This document shows, piece after piece, positions 25,080-38,800 of a stretch of DNA of 64,000 nucleotides. Under the pieces are notes generated by a model. That model was not told where the DNA came from. It made no database searches and saw only the letters and a list, made by a program, of their open reading frames with translations. Made by a program: the position numbers and the translations under genes. How positions within the stretch are numbered: the first letter of the stretch is position 1; every line of letters begins with the position of its first letter. The stretch is from Camelus ferus (taxonomy: Eukaryota), in the NCBI RefSeq assembly GCF_009834535.1, contig NC_045697.1, positions 113,896,001 through 113,960,000 on the forward strand, written 5' to 3'.

Positions 25080-27395
25080 ACTTTTAAATTGTAGTTAAAA
25101 TACATAATCAAAAGTCATCTTCTTAAGCATTTTAAAATGCACAGTTTAGTAGTGTTAACCATATGCACATAGTTGTACAACATATATCTCAATCATTTTC
25201 ATCGGAAAAACTGAAACTCTAAACCCATTGAACAACCTCTCATCTCCCTCCATGTCAGCTGCTGGTAACCACCATTCTCCACTGTGTTTCTATGACTTTG
25301 GTTAATTTTGATACCTCATATAAGTGGACTCATACATCATTTGTCTTTCATGAGTAGCTTGTTTCACTTAGCATAATGTCCTCAAGGTTCATCTATATTG
25401 TAGCATACAACAGGATTTCCTCCTTTTTTTTAAGCCAGAAAACAATCTCAATGTAGGTATACACCACATTTTATTTACCCATCCATTCATTGATTGACAC
25501 CTGGGTTACTTCCACCTCTTGACCATTGTGAATAATGCTGCAATAAACCTGGGTAGCAAATATCTCGTCTAGATCTTGCTTTCAGTTCTTGTGGGTATAT
25601 ACCTGAAAGTGGAATTTCTGGATAATGTCATGATTACATCCTTAATTTGTTGAGGGACCTCAATTCTGTTTCTCATAGCAGATGCACCATTTTACATTCC
25701 TATCAACAATAACCAAGGTTAGAAACAAGAGTTCCAATCTCTGCACATCTTCTCCAATGCTTGTTTTCTGGTTGTTTTGTTTTGTTTTGTTTTGTTTGAT
25801 AGTGACTGTCTTAATGGGTCTGAGGTGATATCTCATTGTAGTTTTTACTTGCATTTCTTTAATGGTAAGTTTTGTTGAGCATCTTTTCATATGCTCACTG
25901 GTCACTTGTATATCTTCTTTGGAGAAATATCTATTCAAGTCCTTTGTCTACTTTTGAATCAGTTTGTTTCTGAGTTGTAGGAGTTATTCATTCATTCTGG
26001 ATATTAACCACTTATAAGCTACATAATTTTCAAATATTCCCTCCCATTGCATATGCTTCTTTTTCATTTAGTTGATTGTTTCCTTTCATGTGCAGAGATG
26101 TTTAAATTTGATGAATTCCTGCTTGTCTATAGCCTGTGCCTTTGCTGTCATCAAAAGGAAACACTGCTAAATCCAGTGTCCGAAATTTTTCCTTTGCATT
26201 TCCTTTTAGGAGTGTTTACAGTTTTACATTTAAGTCTTCAATCTATTTTGAATTAAATCACATTTATGGTGTAAGGTAAAGGTCCAACTTACTCTTTTCC
26301 ATGTGGATATTCATTTTTCTTATTTTTCCAACACCATTTTTTGAAAAGACTGTCCTTTTCCCATGTGTGGCCTTGGAACCCTTGTTGAAGATCATTTTAC
26401 TGTATGTGTGAGGGTTTATTTCTGGGCTCTCTATTCTTCCTATTGCTCTACATTTCTGTCTTTATGCCAATACTACACTGTTTTGATTTTTTAGCTTTAT
26501 AATATGTCTTTAAATCAGCTTGTGTGAGGCCTGCAACTTTGTTCTTTTTTTAAGGTGCTTTTGGCTATTTGGGGTCCCTTGTGATTTCATATAAATTTTA
26601 GGATTTTTTTTCTATTTCTGCAAAAAAATTCCATTGAGATTTTGATAGGTATTGCATTGAATCTGTAGATCTTTGAGGTAATGTGGACATTTTTAACAAT
26701 ATTAAGTCTTCCAGTTCATAAACACAGGATTTTTTTCTTTATTTGTATCTATCTTAATTTCTTTCATCAATGTTTTGTAGTATTCAGTGGGCAAGTCTTT
26801 TGCCTCTGTTTAAGTTTATTCCAAAGTATTTTATTGTTTTTGGTGCCATTGCAAATGAGATCATTTTCATAGTTTATTTTCAGATGATTCATTGTTAGTT
26901 TATAGAAACACAATTTATTTTTGCATGTTGATTTTTGTGTCCTGCAACTTTGTTGAGGTTGTTTGTTAGTTGTAACAAGTTTTGTTGTTGCTTTTTGCTT
27001 TGTTTTGTTTTTGTGAAATCAAAGTCTTTCCACATATAAGATCATGTTATCTGTGAACAGAGATGTTTTTACTTTCTCCTTTCCTATTTGGATGCTTTTA
27101 TTTCCTTTTCTTGACTAATTTCTCTGTCTAGGACTTCCAGTAGTATGTTCAATATAAATGGCAAGAGAGCCTAGCCTTGTTCTTGATCTTAGTGGAAAAG
27201 ATTTCAGTCTTTAACCACTGAACATGATGTCACCTGTACTCTTTTGTATATGGCCTTTGCTATATTGATGCAGTTTCTTTCTCTTTCTAGTTTTTTTTTT
27301 TTTTTTGAGAGTTTTTCCGTGAAAGCGTATTTAATCTTGTCAAATGCTTTTTCTTCATACGGTTTTTGACCTTTATTCTATTAATGTGGTGTAGA
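25080..27395 (-). mobile_element. Older LINE-1 (L1MB-like), ~2.3 kb, 3' UTR into the RT domain
   Basis: Minus ORF 25,660-25,938 [11 protein letters not shown]...HMKRCST...[12 protein letters not shown] matches L1 ORF2. Antisense L1 motifs are continuous to ~27,395, with many stops and frameshifts. Confidence 0.9.
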
Positions 27396-28388
27396 TGTTC
27401 TCTTCAGTCACTACCACATACTCAATGCCTATTACAGCACCTGACCCAAGGAGTTGCTCAAAAAATACTTCAGTAATGATTAAAATCATAAACATACCAA
27501 ATAATAAAATCCCTCCCTTATATTTCACATCAAACTCTTCCTCTAAAATCTAAAATTTGCCTATTTTATCTTCTCTTATATGACAATATTTGCCAATCTA
27601 ATTCATGTGCGTATTTCAGGCAACTGTAACTGTAACTTAGAAGCAAGTCATGTAAGATCTTCTCTTTCTTATTTGGAGATAGACTTGAATTATAATTAAA
27701 GTTGAATTAGTGTCCAGTCATCCATCTCTGTCAAAGTATTTCATGAAAATGTTAAGGTTGGAGCAAACGTAATGAACATGTGTAGGGGAGAAAAAAAAGG
27801 AAATTCTGCAATAGATGAGGTAGAAAGTGTTGAGAATCCTCAGCTCTGGTTTAATTAGGATTGATTAAGTGTTAAAATGATAATGAAACAAGGGAACTAG
27901 GACTATTAATTGAACACAAAGGTGGGCAATAAGACAGGGTGTCTGTGAACTGAAACTGAAGAGGCAGCTCTGTGAAGTCAACTAGGATTATTCCGGGATA
28001 TACATTGTGCAGCTAAGTGAACCGTCACTTGCCTAGAGTAAGTATATAAAACATTGTGCCAGTAACAGGGCCTGATGTGAATTAAAAATAAATAACCAAG
28101 CAAAACATTGCATTATGTGCATTAGGTTGTTGCTTATGTCTAAGGCATCTGATTATTTTAACGTTTTTTCCATAAATTTCCATTACCAGTTTGTCTTGAT
28201 ATTTTATGCTCCACAGTAAACATAGTAAATAGAACATTAATTTTAAGACTCATTTTAAAATGTATTGTTTCTCTTTGTTTATAACTTTTAATTTCTGTTT
28301 TGTATTTCACTGGTGAGCAGAACACTTTTATTTATTTGGTATAAAATGCCCTCAGAGAAGTATTTTCAGTAATTTAAGAAGCATTCTA

Positions 28389-31300
28389 CATTTTATAATG
28401 ATTAAAGGAGTGATACAAGATGAGGATATCACACTCGTTAATATATATGCACCCAATATAGGAGCACCTAAGTACATACAAGAATTAACTAACAGAGATA
28501 AAGGGGGATATTGATGGGAATACAATCATAGTTGGAGATTTGAACACTGCATTAACATCACTAGACAGATCTTCCAGACAGAAAATAAACAAGGCAACAG
28601 AGAAATTAAATACTACAATAGAAAAACTAGATTTGGTGGATATTTTCAGAGCATTACACACCCAAAAAATAGGATATACATTCTTTTCAAGTGCACATGG
28701 AACATTTTCCAGGATCGATCATGTACTTGGGCACAAAAGAAACCTCAACAATTTTAAGAAGATAGAAATTATCTCAAGCATCTTTACTGACCACAATGCC
28801 ATGAAACTGGAAATCAACAACAGAGAAACAAAGGAGAAAAAAAGGAAAGCATGGAGATTAAACAATATGTTATTGAAAAAACAATGGATCAATGAGGAAA
28901 TCAAAGCTGAAATTAAAAAAATACCTTGAGACAAATGATAATGAAAGCACAACCACTCAAAACCTATGGGACACAGCAAAGGCAGTGCTAAGAGGGAAGT
29001 TTATAGCGATACAGGCCTTCCTCAAAAAAGAAGAACAATCTCAAATAAACAATTTAACCCACCACCTGAATGAATTAGAAAAAGAAGAACAAAAAGCCCC
29101 AAAAAGCAGCAGAAGGAAGGAAATAATAAAGATCAGAGAGGAATTAAATACAATAGAGATTAACAAGACCATAGAAAAAATCAACCAAACCAAAAGCTGG
29201 TTTTTTGAAAAAGTAAATAAAATCGACAAACCTCTGGCCAAACTCACAAAGAAGAAAAAAGAGAGAGCACAAATTAGCAAAATAAGAAAGGAAAATGGAG
29301 AAATTACAACAAACAAAATAGAATACAGAATATCATACGAGAATATTATGAAAAACTATATGGAACCAAACTGGATAACCTAGAGGAGATGGACAAGTTT
29401 CTGGAAACATACTGTCCACCAAAACTGAATCAAGAAGAATCTGAACACTTGAACAATCCGATCACTAGAAAGGAAATAGAAATAGCAATTAAAAACCTCC
29501 CTACAAATAAAAGTCCAGGACCGGACGGCTTCACCGGGGAATTCTACCAAATATACAAAGAAGAACTCATACCAGTCCTTCTCAAACTCTTCCAGACGAT
29601 TGATAAGGAGGGAATACTCCCAAACTCATTCTATGAAGCCACCATCACCCTGATACCAAAACCAGGCAAAGACACTACAAAAAAAGAGAATTATAGGCCA
29701 ATATCACTGATGAACATAGACGCCAAAATCCTCACCAAAATTTTAGCAAATAGAATCCAACAACACATAAAAAAGATTATACATCATGACCAAGTGGGGT
29801 TCATCCCAGGGACACAAGGCTGGTTCAACATACGCAAATCAATCAGTGTAATACATCACATCAACAAGAGAAAGGACAAAAACCACATGATCATCTCAAT
29901 CGATGCAGAAAAAGCATTTGATAAAATTCAACACCCATTTATGATAAAAACTCTCGCCAAAGTGGGTATAGAGGGAACATATCTCAACATAATAAAAGCT
30001 ATATATGACAAACCTACAGCCAGCATAGTACTCAACGGTGAAAAACTCAAAAGCTTCCCACTAAAATCTGGGACAAGACAAGGATGCCCACTATCACCAC
30101 TCCTATTCAACATAGTCCTGGAAGTCCTAGCCACAGCAGTCAGGCAAGAGAAAGAAATAAAAGGGATCCAAATTGGAAAAGAAGAGGTAAAAGTGTCATT
30201 ATATGCTGATGACATGTTACTATATATAGAAAACCCTAAAAGGTCCACACAAAAGCTACTAGAGCTGATTGAAGAATTCAGCAAGGTAGCAGGTTACAAA
30301 ATTAATGTTCAAAAATCAGTTGCATTTCTTTACACTAATGATAAATCAACAGAAGAAGAAAGTAAAGAAACAATCCCCTTTAAAATAGCACCCAAAGTAA
30401 TAAAATATCTGGGAATAAATCTAACCAAGGAGGTGAAAGCATTATACACAGAAAACTATAAACCATTGATGAAGGAAATTAAAGAAGACTTTAAAAAATG
30501 GAAAGATATTCCATGCTCTTGGATTGGAAGAATCAATATTGTAAAATGGTCACACTGCCCAAGGCAATCTACAGATTTAATGCAATCCCTATCCAATTAC
30601 CCAGGACATATTTCACAGAACTAGAAAAAATCATAATAAAATTCATATGGAACCATCAAAGACCTAGAATTGCCAAAGCATTACTGAAGAGAAAGAAAGA
30701 GGCTGGAGGAATAACTCTCCCAGACGTCAGACAATACTATAGAGCTACAGTCATCAAGACAGCATGGTATTGGTACCAAAACAGACATATAGACCCATGG
30801 AACAGAATAGAGAGCCCAGAAATGAACCCACAAACTTTTGGTCAACTCATCTTTGACAAAGGAGGCAAGAATATACATTGGAATAAAGACAGTCTCTTCA
30901 GCAGCAAATGGTGTTGGGAAAACTGGACAGCAGCATGTAAAACAATGAAGCTAGAACACTCCCTTACACCATAGACAAAAATCAACTCAAAATGGATTAA
31001 AGACTTAAACATAAGACAAGATACAATAAATCTCCTAGAGGAAAACATAGGCAAAACATTATCTGACATACATTTCAAAAATTTTCTCCTAGCAAGAAAT
31101 AAAAGCAAGAATAAACAAATGGGACCTAATGAAACTTACAAGCTTCTGCACAGCAAAGGAGACCAGAAATAAAACAAGAAGAAAACCTACGGAATGGGAG
31201 AAAATTTTTGCAAGTGAAACCGACAAAGGCTTGATCTCCAGAATATATAAGCAGCTCATACGACTCAATAAGAAAAAAATAAACAACCCAATCCAAAAAT

Positions 31301-31908
31301 GGGCAGAAGACCTAAACAAGCAATTCTCCAAGGAAGACATACAAATGATCAAAAAGCACATGAAAAAATGCTCAATATCACTAATTATCAGAGAAATGCA
31401 AATCAAAACTACAATGAGGTATCACCTCACACCAGTCAGAATGGCCGTCATTCAAAAATCCACAAATGACAAATGCTGGAGAGGCTGTGGAGAAAGGGGA
31501 ACCCTCCTACACTGCTGGTGGGAATGCAGTTTGGTGCAGCCACTATGGAAAACAGTGTGGAGATTCCTCAAAAGACTAGGAATAGACTTACCATATGACC
31601 CAGGAATCCCACTCCTGGGCTTGTATCCAGAAGGAACTCTACTTCAGGATGACACCTGCACCCCAATGTTCATAGCAGCACTATTTACAATAGCCAAAAC
31701 ATGGAAACAGCCTAAATGTCCATCAACAGGTGACTGGATAAAGAAGATGTGGTATATTTATACAGTGGAATACTACTCAGCCATAAAAACCGACAACATA
31801 ATGCCATTTGCAGCAACATGGATGCTCCTGGAGAATGTCATTCTAAGTGAAGTAAGCCAGAAAGAGAAAGAAAAATACCATATGAGATCGCTCATATGTG
31901 GAATCTAA
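28389..31908 (+). pseudogene. LINE-1 ORF2p (endonuclease C-half, reverse transcriptase, CCHC knuckle), disrupted
   Basis: Motifs: HFIMIKG...[41 protein letters not shown] (30,202-30,213), CWRGC-x7-H-CWWEC (31,474-31,527). Frameshifts near 28,486, 28,920, 29,322, 30,545 and 31,095, plus a premature TAG at 30,972-30,974. Confidence 0.97.
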
Positions 31909-32224
31909 AAAACAAAAACAAAAACAAACAAGCAAAAACAAAGCGTAAATAAAGGACAGAAATAGACTCACAGACAGAGAATACAGACTTTTGGTTACCA
32001 GGGGGGTGGAGGGTGGGAAGGGATAGACTGGGATTTCAAAATTGTAGAATAGACTACACTGTATAGCACAGGGAAATATACACAAAATGTTATGATAACT
32101 CACAGAGAAAAAAATGTGACAATGAGTGTGTATATGTCCATGAATAACTGAAAAATTGTGCTGAACACTGGAATTTGACACAACATTGTAAAATGATTAT
32201 AAATCAATAAAAAATGTTAAAAAA
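28389..32224 (+). mobile_element. Young 5'-truncated LINE-1 (3.84 kb)
   Basis: Perfect TSD AAGAAGCATTCTA (28,376-28,388 and 32,225-32,237) at a TTT/AAGA endonuclease-type site. Near-complete ORF2, 3' UTR G-tract at 32,001-32,022, AATAAA at 32,206-32,211, short A tail. Confidence 0.98.
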
Positions 32225-33914
32225 AAGAAGCATTCTATAAGATAAATATTATAATATTATTAAAATATTATCAATTTATAAAGATTTCATAAAAATTTTG
32301 TAACATTTTATTGCTATTTATAATTCCTGTGCATGACTGAATATAATTTAAGTATAATTGTTTTCATGTAAAACATCTTTTTGTATTTGTTATATATTTC
32401 TATGTCTATGATAATTATATTAGGTTAGTCTCTATTTTTAGGTAAAATAACTGTCATCTGTGTATAATATTTAAATTCTATAGCACAGAAATATTTATTC
32501 TATTTGCCACAAGTTTTTTTTCCTGTTAGTAGTTTAAAGATTCCTTAAATGAATTAGTATCTGCTGATTGTTTTTGTTTATAAAGCAAGACATAGTTCCT
32601 ATCTTTTTTTTTTTTTAACTGACGGGAAGAAATCTCACATTACTAGAAATTAGTTTGCCAATTTCTGTACTTTTCTTCAATAAAACCACTCAACAAATAC
32701 AATCAACTCAGCTAATAATTGCTAGTGATTACATGTTTGGCAGACAACTCAGCTTAACATTACCATCTGTGTTTTTACAATGGGCATATAGACAGTGTCT
32801 ATGAAATAGCCACATTTTGTACATCACCCCCGAAACGTGAGCATACATTTTCTTAATTTTTTGAAATCTTATAAATTGCGTTTGTGTCATTAACAAGATC
32901 ATGGCAAAGGGGAACTGAATACGTAGCCATGTGTGACTAACAGGTATTGTTTTGTTAGTGTTTTCATGTACGTTTGGTTTAAAAGTTCCAAACCTGAGTC
33001 AGAGTTTGAAGTATATATTCTTAAGTCAGCCTGGCTTACATCCCCTTCACCTACATTTACCAAAGGTAAGTGTAGACGAAGACTCATAAAAGGCTTTACA
33101 GAGCAAAATAAAACATCTCAGTTCATGTCAGGAGGTTGAAACTTATGACTCTCAGGGTGTATTGCTTGTTCTCAGATATTACATTTTCCAACCACACTAT
33201 TCCTAGAAGCTGATATATTATCTTTATTCCTAAGCCATTCATAGAATATTAAATTAATAATTTGTCTGATGAATAATTAGACATCATTAAAATTCTAGTA
33301 ATCTTAGAACTCTGCTTGATCAATTAAGCAGTTTAAATGATGATAACAAAATATAGCAGGCTTAACATACATTAACCAGATGATGATGATGTTAATACTT
33401 TGATGGACAAGGTGAAAGAATATTTTAGGAAATGCTGAATTTTAGTGAGAAAATGGGCAGACTTTCCTTCTTTCAGCAGCTTTCTGTTCGGCTTTCCTGT
33501 GTTGAGGAGATGAGGATTAGCAATGGACAAAAAAAGGCGACAAAAATCTCATTTAGGGGTAGACAACAAAGACATAAGTAAGTATATATGTTTCTAGATT
33601 GTGTGTTTACTGTGAGTCAGAAATTCACATCACATTCTGGATATCAAACTTGCATATCCTGGTTGTTACCTCTGAGGTGTTCACTAGTGATTAGAGTGAG
33701 GAATTTAAAGAAAGAAACAAAAAAACTTTGAATGGAGTCAGAAAAGAGCATCATAACAGAATTCTAGTGGTTCAAAGGACGGAAGTGTCACAGCAGTTGT
33801 GCAAATCAGATAAAGTTTCTGAAAGAAATAGCATTCCGTATACTCTTGAAGAATGGGTAGATTTTTAAAAAGTGAAAAGGCACAACAAACAAACGCATTA
33901 TCAAATACATGAAC

Positions 33915-36350
33915 GCATTCACTCAGGAAATACTTTGAGCAGTTACATTAAAGACGGTTATCCAAGCCACAGAGAAGAAACATACATATGTCAGGTTTAC
34001 ACTCAGTGAGCTGACATTAGAGTGGGAGAAGACATGAGTGAATGAATAAATGAATGATTAATGTATCTTCAAATTTTAATATATCCTATGAAAAAGTAGC
34101 AGTGTTGTTACTCCAAAAGGGAAAGGGAAAAGACCCCAGTTGTTGTCTTACCCAAAAGGTAAGATTTCAGTTGTGCAGCAAAAGATTTTAAAGAATTTAT
34201 TTAGGAAAGGAAAAGTGCACCTCCAAGAACAGGAGGCGGGCTGATCCAAGTTAGGGAAAGCAGTAGTTTTGTCTCCGTTTCTCTTATACCCTCGCTTAGA
34301 GATATAAACAGTCTCTTGATTGATTGACAGCTCTTGCCCCTGGAGTGCTCAGTCATGTTTGTCCTCTTTGCCCACGTCCTTACCCGTGATGCACACAGAA
34401 GAACCCATGGGGGTTGGGAGGGATAAACCACAATGTTAATTATAGTACAGTGAGCTTTGGATCATGCCCGGTTAAGTCCTTTTCACTATGGAGCAGTTGT
34501 GGCTGTCGGGTTTTAACCGGTTTCTTGCTGGCGCTCATTTAGAGGAAGTAAAGCCCCTTTGTGCTGGAGACGGGCACAGCGCCATCTTCTGGACCCTCCT
34601 CCCGCTCCTCCACCTTGTCTACCCTGTGCCCCCACTTATCTAACCACCTAACAATATAAAGGGTAAGAGCTGATAGTATACAGGGTTGGTAGGCAGAAAA
34701 AAGTCCACTCCTTAGGGCTAGCTGTTAAAGTCTCACCCATAAGGAAATCTGGGGAACAAAACTTGGGTAAAAGAGACATCAAATATGAAGTCATTAAAAT
34801 GAGTATGAGCGTCCTATGTTCAGAGAACAGCAAGAATGCTTCAGTGATTGAAACTCGGTGAAGAAAAGGACAGAACTAGCATCCGACCTTGAAGATGTGT
34901 GTGCCTGGGGGTGGGTGGGAGGACCTGTGACCAACAGTAAGTAAGCTAGATAATTTTTAAGCAAGGAAGAGAAATAATATGACATAGTTTTTTTTTAAAC
35001 AATAATTATAGCTTATGTTGGGAAATGCACTTTAATGGAGGTAAGAAAGGAAGCAAAGAGATCAGTTAGGCAACCAGGTCCTGGTGGATTATTGATGATA
35101 TCTAATATAGGTCTCATGGATGATGACAGGTCTGAATAAGGTGCGTAGCAGTGACAAATAAACCTACAAAGCTCAGGAAAACATGTGTTGTCCAATTTTA
35201 ATTGTGTTGGAGCTTAGGGAGTCATTCAGGCAAATCCAGGAGTTTTCATTTGAGTTAGTAGACAATAATAACTCCTTAGGGGTTTTTTTTAATTGGTGAT
35301 GGTGGTGGATTTTTCTTTCTTCTTCTCTTTCTTCTTCAATACGATAACTCTTGACTCCGCATTCCCCCTCTCGCTCCCCCCACCGCGTAACCCACTCTCA
35401 ACTTGCACACTGTGGCTCCCCTATATGAAAGGTCACCATTTAGGATGTAGAAAAGTCTGAGATTCCTGAACTCATGAAATTCAGCACAACTTTCATTAGG
35501 TACTGATTCTATACTATGGGCTAAAATTAGACATCTTGTAATGAAGTTTTTCATGAAGCTTATAGCATAGGAAACAGGATACATGCTTACATATAGAATT
35601 GCATGTAATATAATAAAGGCAGCAATTTTGAGGAAATTGAAGATGCAATTAACCATAATTTGCGGATGTCTAACTAAGAATGCAGAGAGTGGAATCAGGA
35701 ATTCTTTCTGAAGACAGTGACATGTGAGAACTAAAACCTTACAACCACGTTTTGAGCTTCAACGCTGATGGATGGAGGAGTCGCCCAATAAAAAAAAGGG
35801 ACATTAATGGAGAAGATTTCAGTGTGATAGATGTATTCAATTTGGGATGTGCTGTGTTTTAGATGTCTGTGAATTACTTAATTGCCATTGTTCAGTGAAG
35901 CATATGACTCTGAGCCTTGAATAGGGGACACAAAATATAGAGGGTTGTGGAAGGTGTTGGGGAGAGTCTCAAGAAAATATGTAGAATAAAAAAGAGAGAA
36001 AGGTGGAGAATTGAACCCAGAGAAAGATCCTCAGCCCAACAGATGAGGGGGAGTCAAAAGGATGAAGGAATGAGGAAGGAAGAAAGGAAGACAGGAAGGA
36101 AGGAAGACAAAAGAGAGAAAAAAAGGACAAGAGAAGAAAAGCAAAGAAAAAGCAAGGACAGTAGACTGAAAATGATCCAGCAGTTTCTTTCAAATGAGAG
36201 GGTGCAGCTTCCATCTTGGAAATCAAATGAAGAGTGTGTCTTCCTGCAGGAGTGGGCAATTCTGAGAGCTAAGGACAGGAGAAGTGTCCTCAAGATTTAT
36301 TGAAAAAGGGATCACTTTGATCCTGACCAGAGTCATTTCCAAAGAATATT
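33915..36350 (-). mobile_element. Fragmented LINE-2 region
   Basis: The antisense L2 tail CATTCACTCAGGAAATACTTTGAGCA is followed by purine-rich L2-like blocks (AAGAGATCAGTTAGG, TTCAATTTGGGATGTGCTGTGTTTTAGATGTCTGTG). Boundaries approximate. Confidence 0.5.
34106..34653 (-). mobile_element. Solo LTR, probably ERV1-class (548 bp), inserted in LINE-2
   Basis: TGTTA...TAACA inverted termini, minus-strand AATAAA at 34,196-34,201, and higher GC/CpG than the flanks. The TSD is not clean (GTGT/ATAT). Confidence 0.7.
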
Positions 36351-37974
36351 TGAAGCAGATGCTCTAAAGGTCACAGTATTTGGAGGATGAAAAGGAAGAG
36401 GAGAAAGCGGGGGGGGGGGGGGTTGTAACAATCGTATACAACTTTTCAAAGAAACTCTTCTTGTGCCTTTGGACTTCCTTCCATGAACCTTATGTACCCA
36501 GTGCTTTCCTGGACCAGATTACTTTAGAAACCATAAAACAAACAGCTCTCTCATCCACCCCCAACTTTTTTCACATTTTCCCTCTGCCTGGAATCCCATT
36601 TTCTCTTCTGTAAACCAATCTGTTGTTCCTCCAAATAGAAGTGATTGTCCCTGACTCCTTCTGTGATACCTCAGCAAAACAATTTGAAAATACTAGGGGC
36701 CATGAAGACACACTATTGGTGGTCAAGTGGAAAGATTTTCTGAGTTAGGCTTGAACTAATTCTGGTGTATTGCACTTACTTGATCAGTAACAACCAGCAG
36801 ATTAGTTTACTTTTCTCATCTCCCTCAGCTGTACGTCAGTAGCAGTGGTAGACTTCAGGTATCATTGTGGGTTATAAAAGAGAGAACACATTTGAAGAGG
36901 CTAGCAGTGTTTGATACCACGTATTTTCTCATGTAATGCCAATTCCCCTCCCCTGTAAGTTTCCTTAGCACTCAAGGCGAAATTCCTTGGAAACTTTTTA
37001 AGTAGTTAGTTTCATCATAACAAGACTGGCACGAGTCTGGGAAGGAAGCAGGAGGGTTTGATAAAACTAGAGCAGCTGATTGGTTTAACAAAGCAAGAAG
37101 GCTAATTGCTGAAATTCAGCCGTTCAGGTGAATCACAAGACTCAAAGAAACAAGTAATTCATTATCAACTTTAGGTAGATAGTATAGGATACTATGCATT
37201 TAAATATCTGCTGCTCAGCTAAGTGGGTGGAGTATGCAGATAGAGAATACAACCAGACAGTACTTTGAAATTCAGAGATCAGGAATTTTACACCTGGGGG
37301 CAAAGGCCATGGAAAGTACCAGCCAATGCTTCGGAATGAATCTTCAAGGCAGCAATTTACTTCCTAGTAGAAACAGCCATAAGGCTCGTAATGAACTGGG
37401 ATGATTCTAGGCACATTACCCTATTTCAGGACTTATTCCATTGTATCGTGATGCCTTAGATGGGCTGTATTTATGGGATTACATTATCTATCTTTGTCTC
37501 TCTCACTCCCAGCATATCTGTTTCAGAGTAGGAACCTGATTTTTATGTGTTGAAGGGATATTTAAAGGAACACTTGGAAAGAATCACCAAGGAAGTGGCT
37601 TGGCTCTTATTCTGGGCACATGTGGGTAGGAGGAAATGGAATCCTTAACCGAAAGATAGTCATTACCAAAAAAGTCTAGAATAGAAGCCAAGCAAATAGC
37701 TCGAGAGTCGTGTCTGTAGGTCAGAAGGATGGAAAATTTAGCATGGCCCAGGTCCGCACAGGGGAACCGTATCGCGCCAGTCTACGAGGATGAGATTCGT
37801 TTTGTTTAATTTCGGATACATGCGGTAAGGCTCTATCTGAGGCCATCAGTGATGTCCTTCATGTAGGAAGCTGGAGACATCTCCTCAGTGTTGACACGTG
37901 CTGTGAGAGGTTTATGCATCCGCAATTGTTGCAAAATCAACTCCCGTGCTGATATTTATCTGTTAGTTGAAGCC

Positions 37975-38800
37975 ATCTATGCTGTGGTAACAGACTAGGG
38001 AACTTCAAATCTCAGTGGCCTAAAACAACCAAGGTTCATCTCTCGCTCATGTTCCATGTCCACCGTGGTCAGCGCATTAGACGTGCGTGGCTCTCCTGAG
38101 AAAATGCACCTATAGGATTTAGGTAGATAGACAGTAGATGGAGAGACGGACAGATAGATAGATAGGTAGACATTTATTATGAGAGTTGGCTGACACAATG
38201 ACGGAGACCAAGAAACCCCTGATGCCTGCCAGCTGGATGAGCAGGAAGGTTGCTGGTGCAATTCAATGGAGTCCAGAGAAATGGGGGTTTGGGTGGGGCA
38301 GAGGCTATGGTGTAAGTCCTGGTTTGAGTTCAGAGGCCCAAGTACCACGGTGCCGATGACTGAGGCCAGGAGAAAATAGATGTCCAGTTCAAACAGAGAG
38401 TGAATTTGCCCTTCCCCTGCCTTATTGATCTGTTCATATCCGCAGTGAATTGGACGGTGCCTCTTCCCACTGGTGAGCGCGATCTTTGCTCAGTCTACCA
38501 ATTCAGATGCTCATCTCCCCTGGAAACACCCTCATGGACATACACTCAGATGTCATGTTTTACCAGCTCTCCTGGCATCCCTTAGCCCAGTCAGGTTGAC
38601 ACAAAATTAACCATCACAGTCAGCAGAAGCTTCTTGGCTCAGGCATGTCCCCCAGGGGTCCGGGGAACTGAGCGGCCAGTCTCTCAGACATTAAAGAGCT
38701 CACCAGGATCTCACTAAGTTCTCAGCTCAGAAGTGACACGTGTCACTTTGACCCGTAGCTCTTTGGACGAAAGTGGGCGCGGGGCTCCCTCAACCACTGG
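37975..38800 (-). mobile_element. MaLR LTR (MLT1J/K-like) split by a nested MLT2 LTR
   Basis: TGCTGTGGTAACA...AAATCTCAGTGGCCTAAAACAACCAAGGTT, then resuming after the insert with GCTCAGAAGTGACACGTGTCACTT. Confidence 0.65.
38073..38618 (-). mobile_element. ERVL solo LTR (MLT2-like, 546 bp)
   Basis: Ends CCAGTCAGGTTGACACAAAATTAACCATCACA and contains an internal (GATA)n-like tract. Perfect 5-bp TSD GTCAG (38,068-38,072 / 38,619-38,623). Confidence 0.9.

Noticed and set aside
29389..30624. 411-aa reverse transcriptase ORF as a novel RT system or domesticated gene
   Set aside because: It is an ordinary fragment of LINE-1 ORF2 between two frameshifts, inside a TSD-flanked truncated L1.
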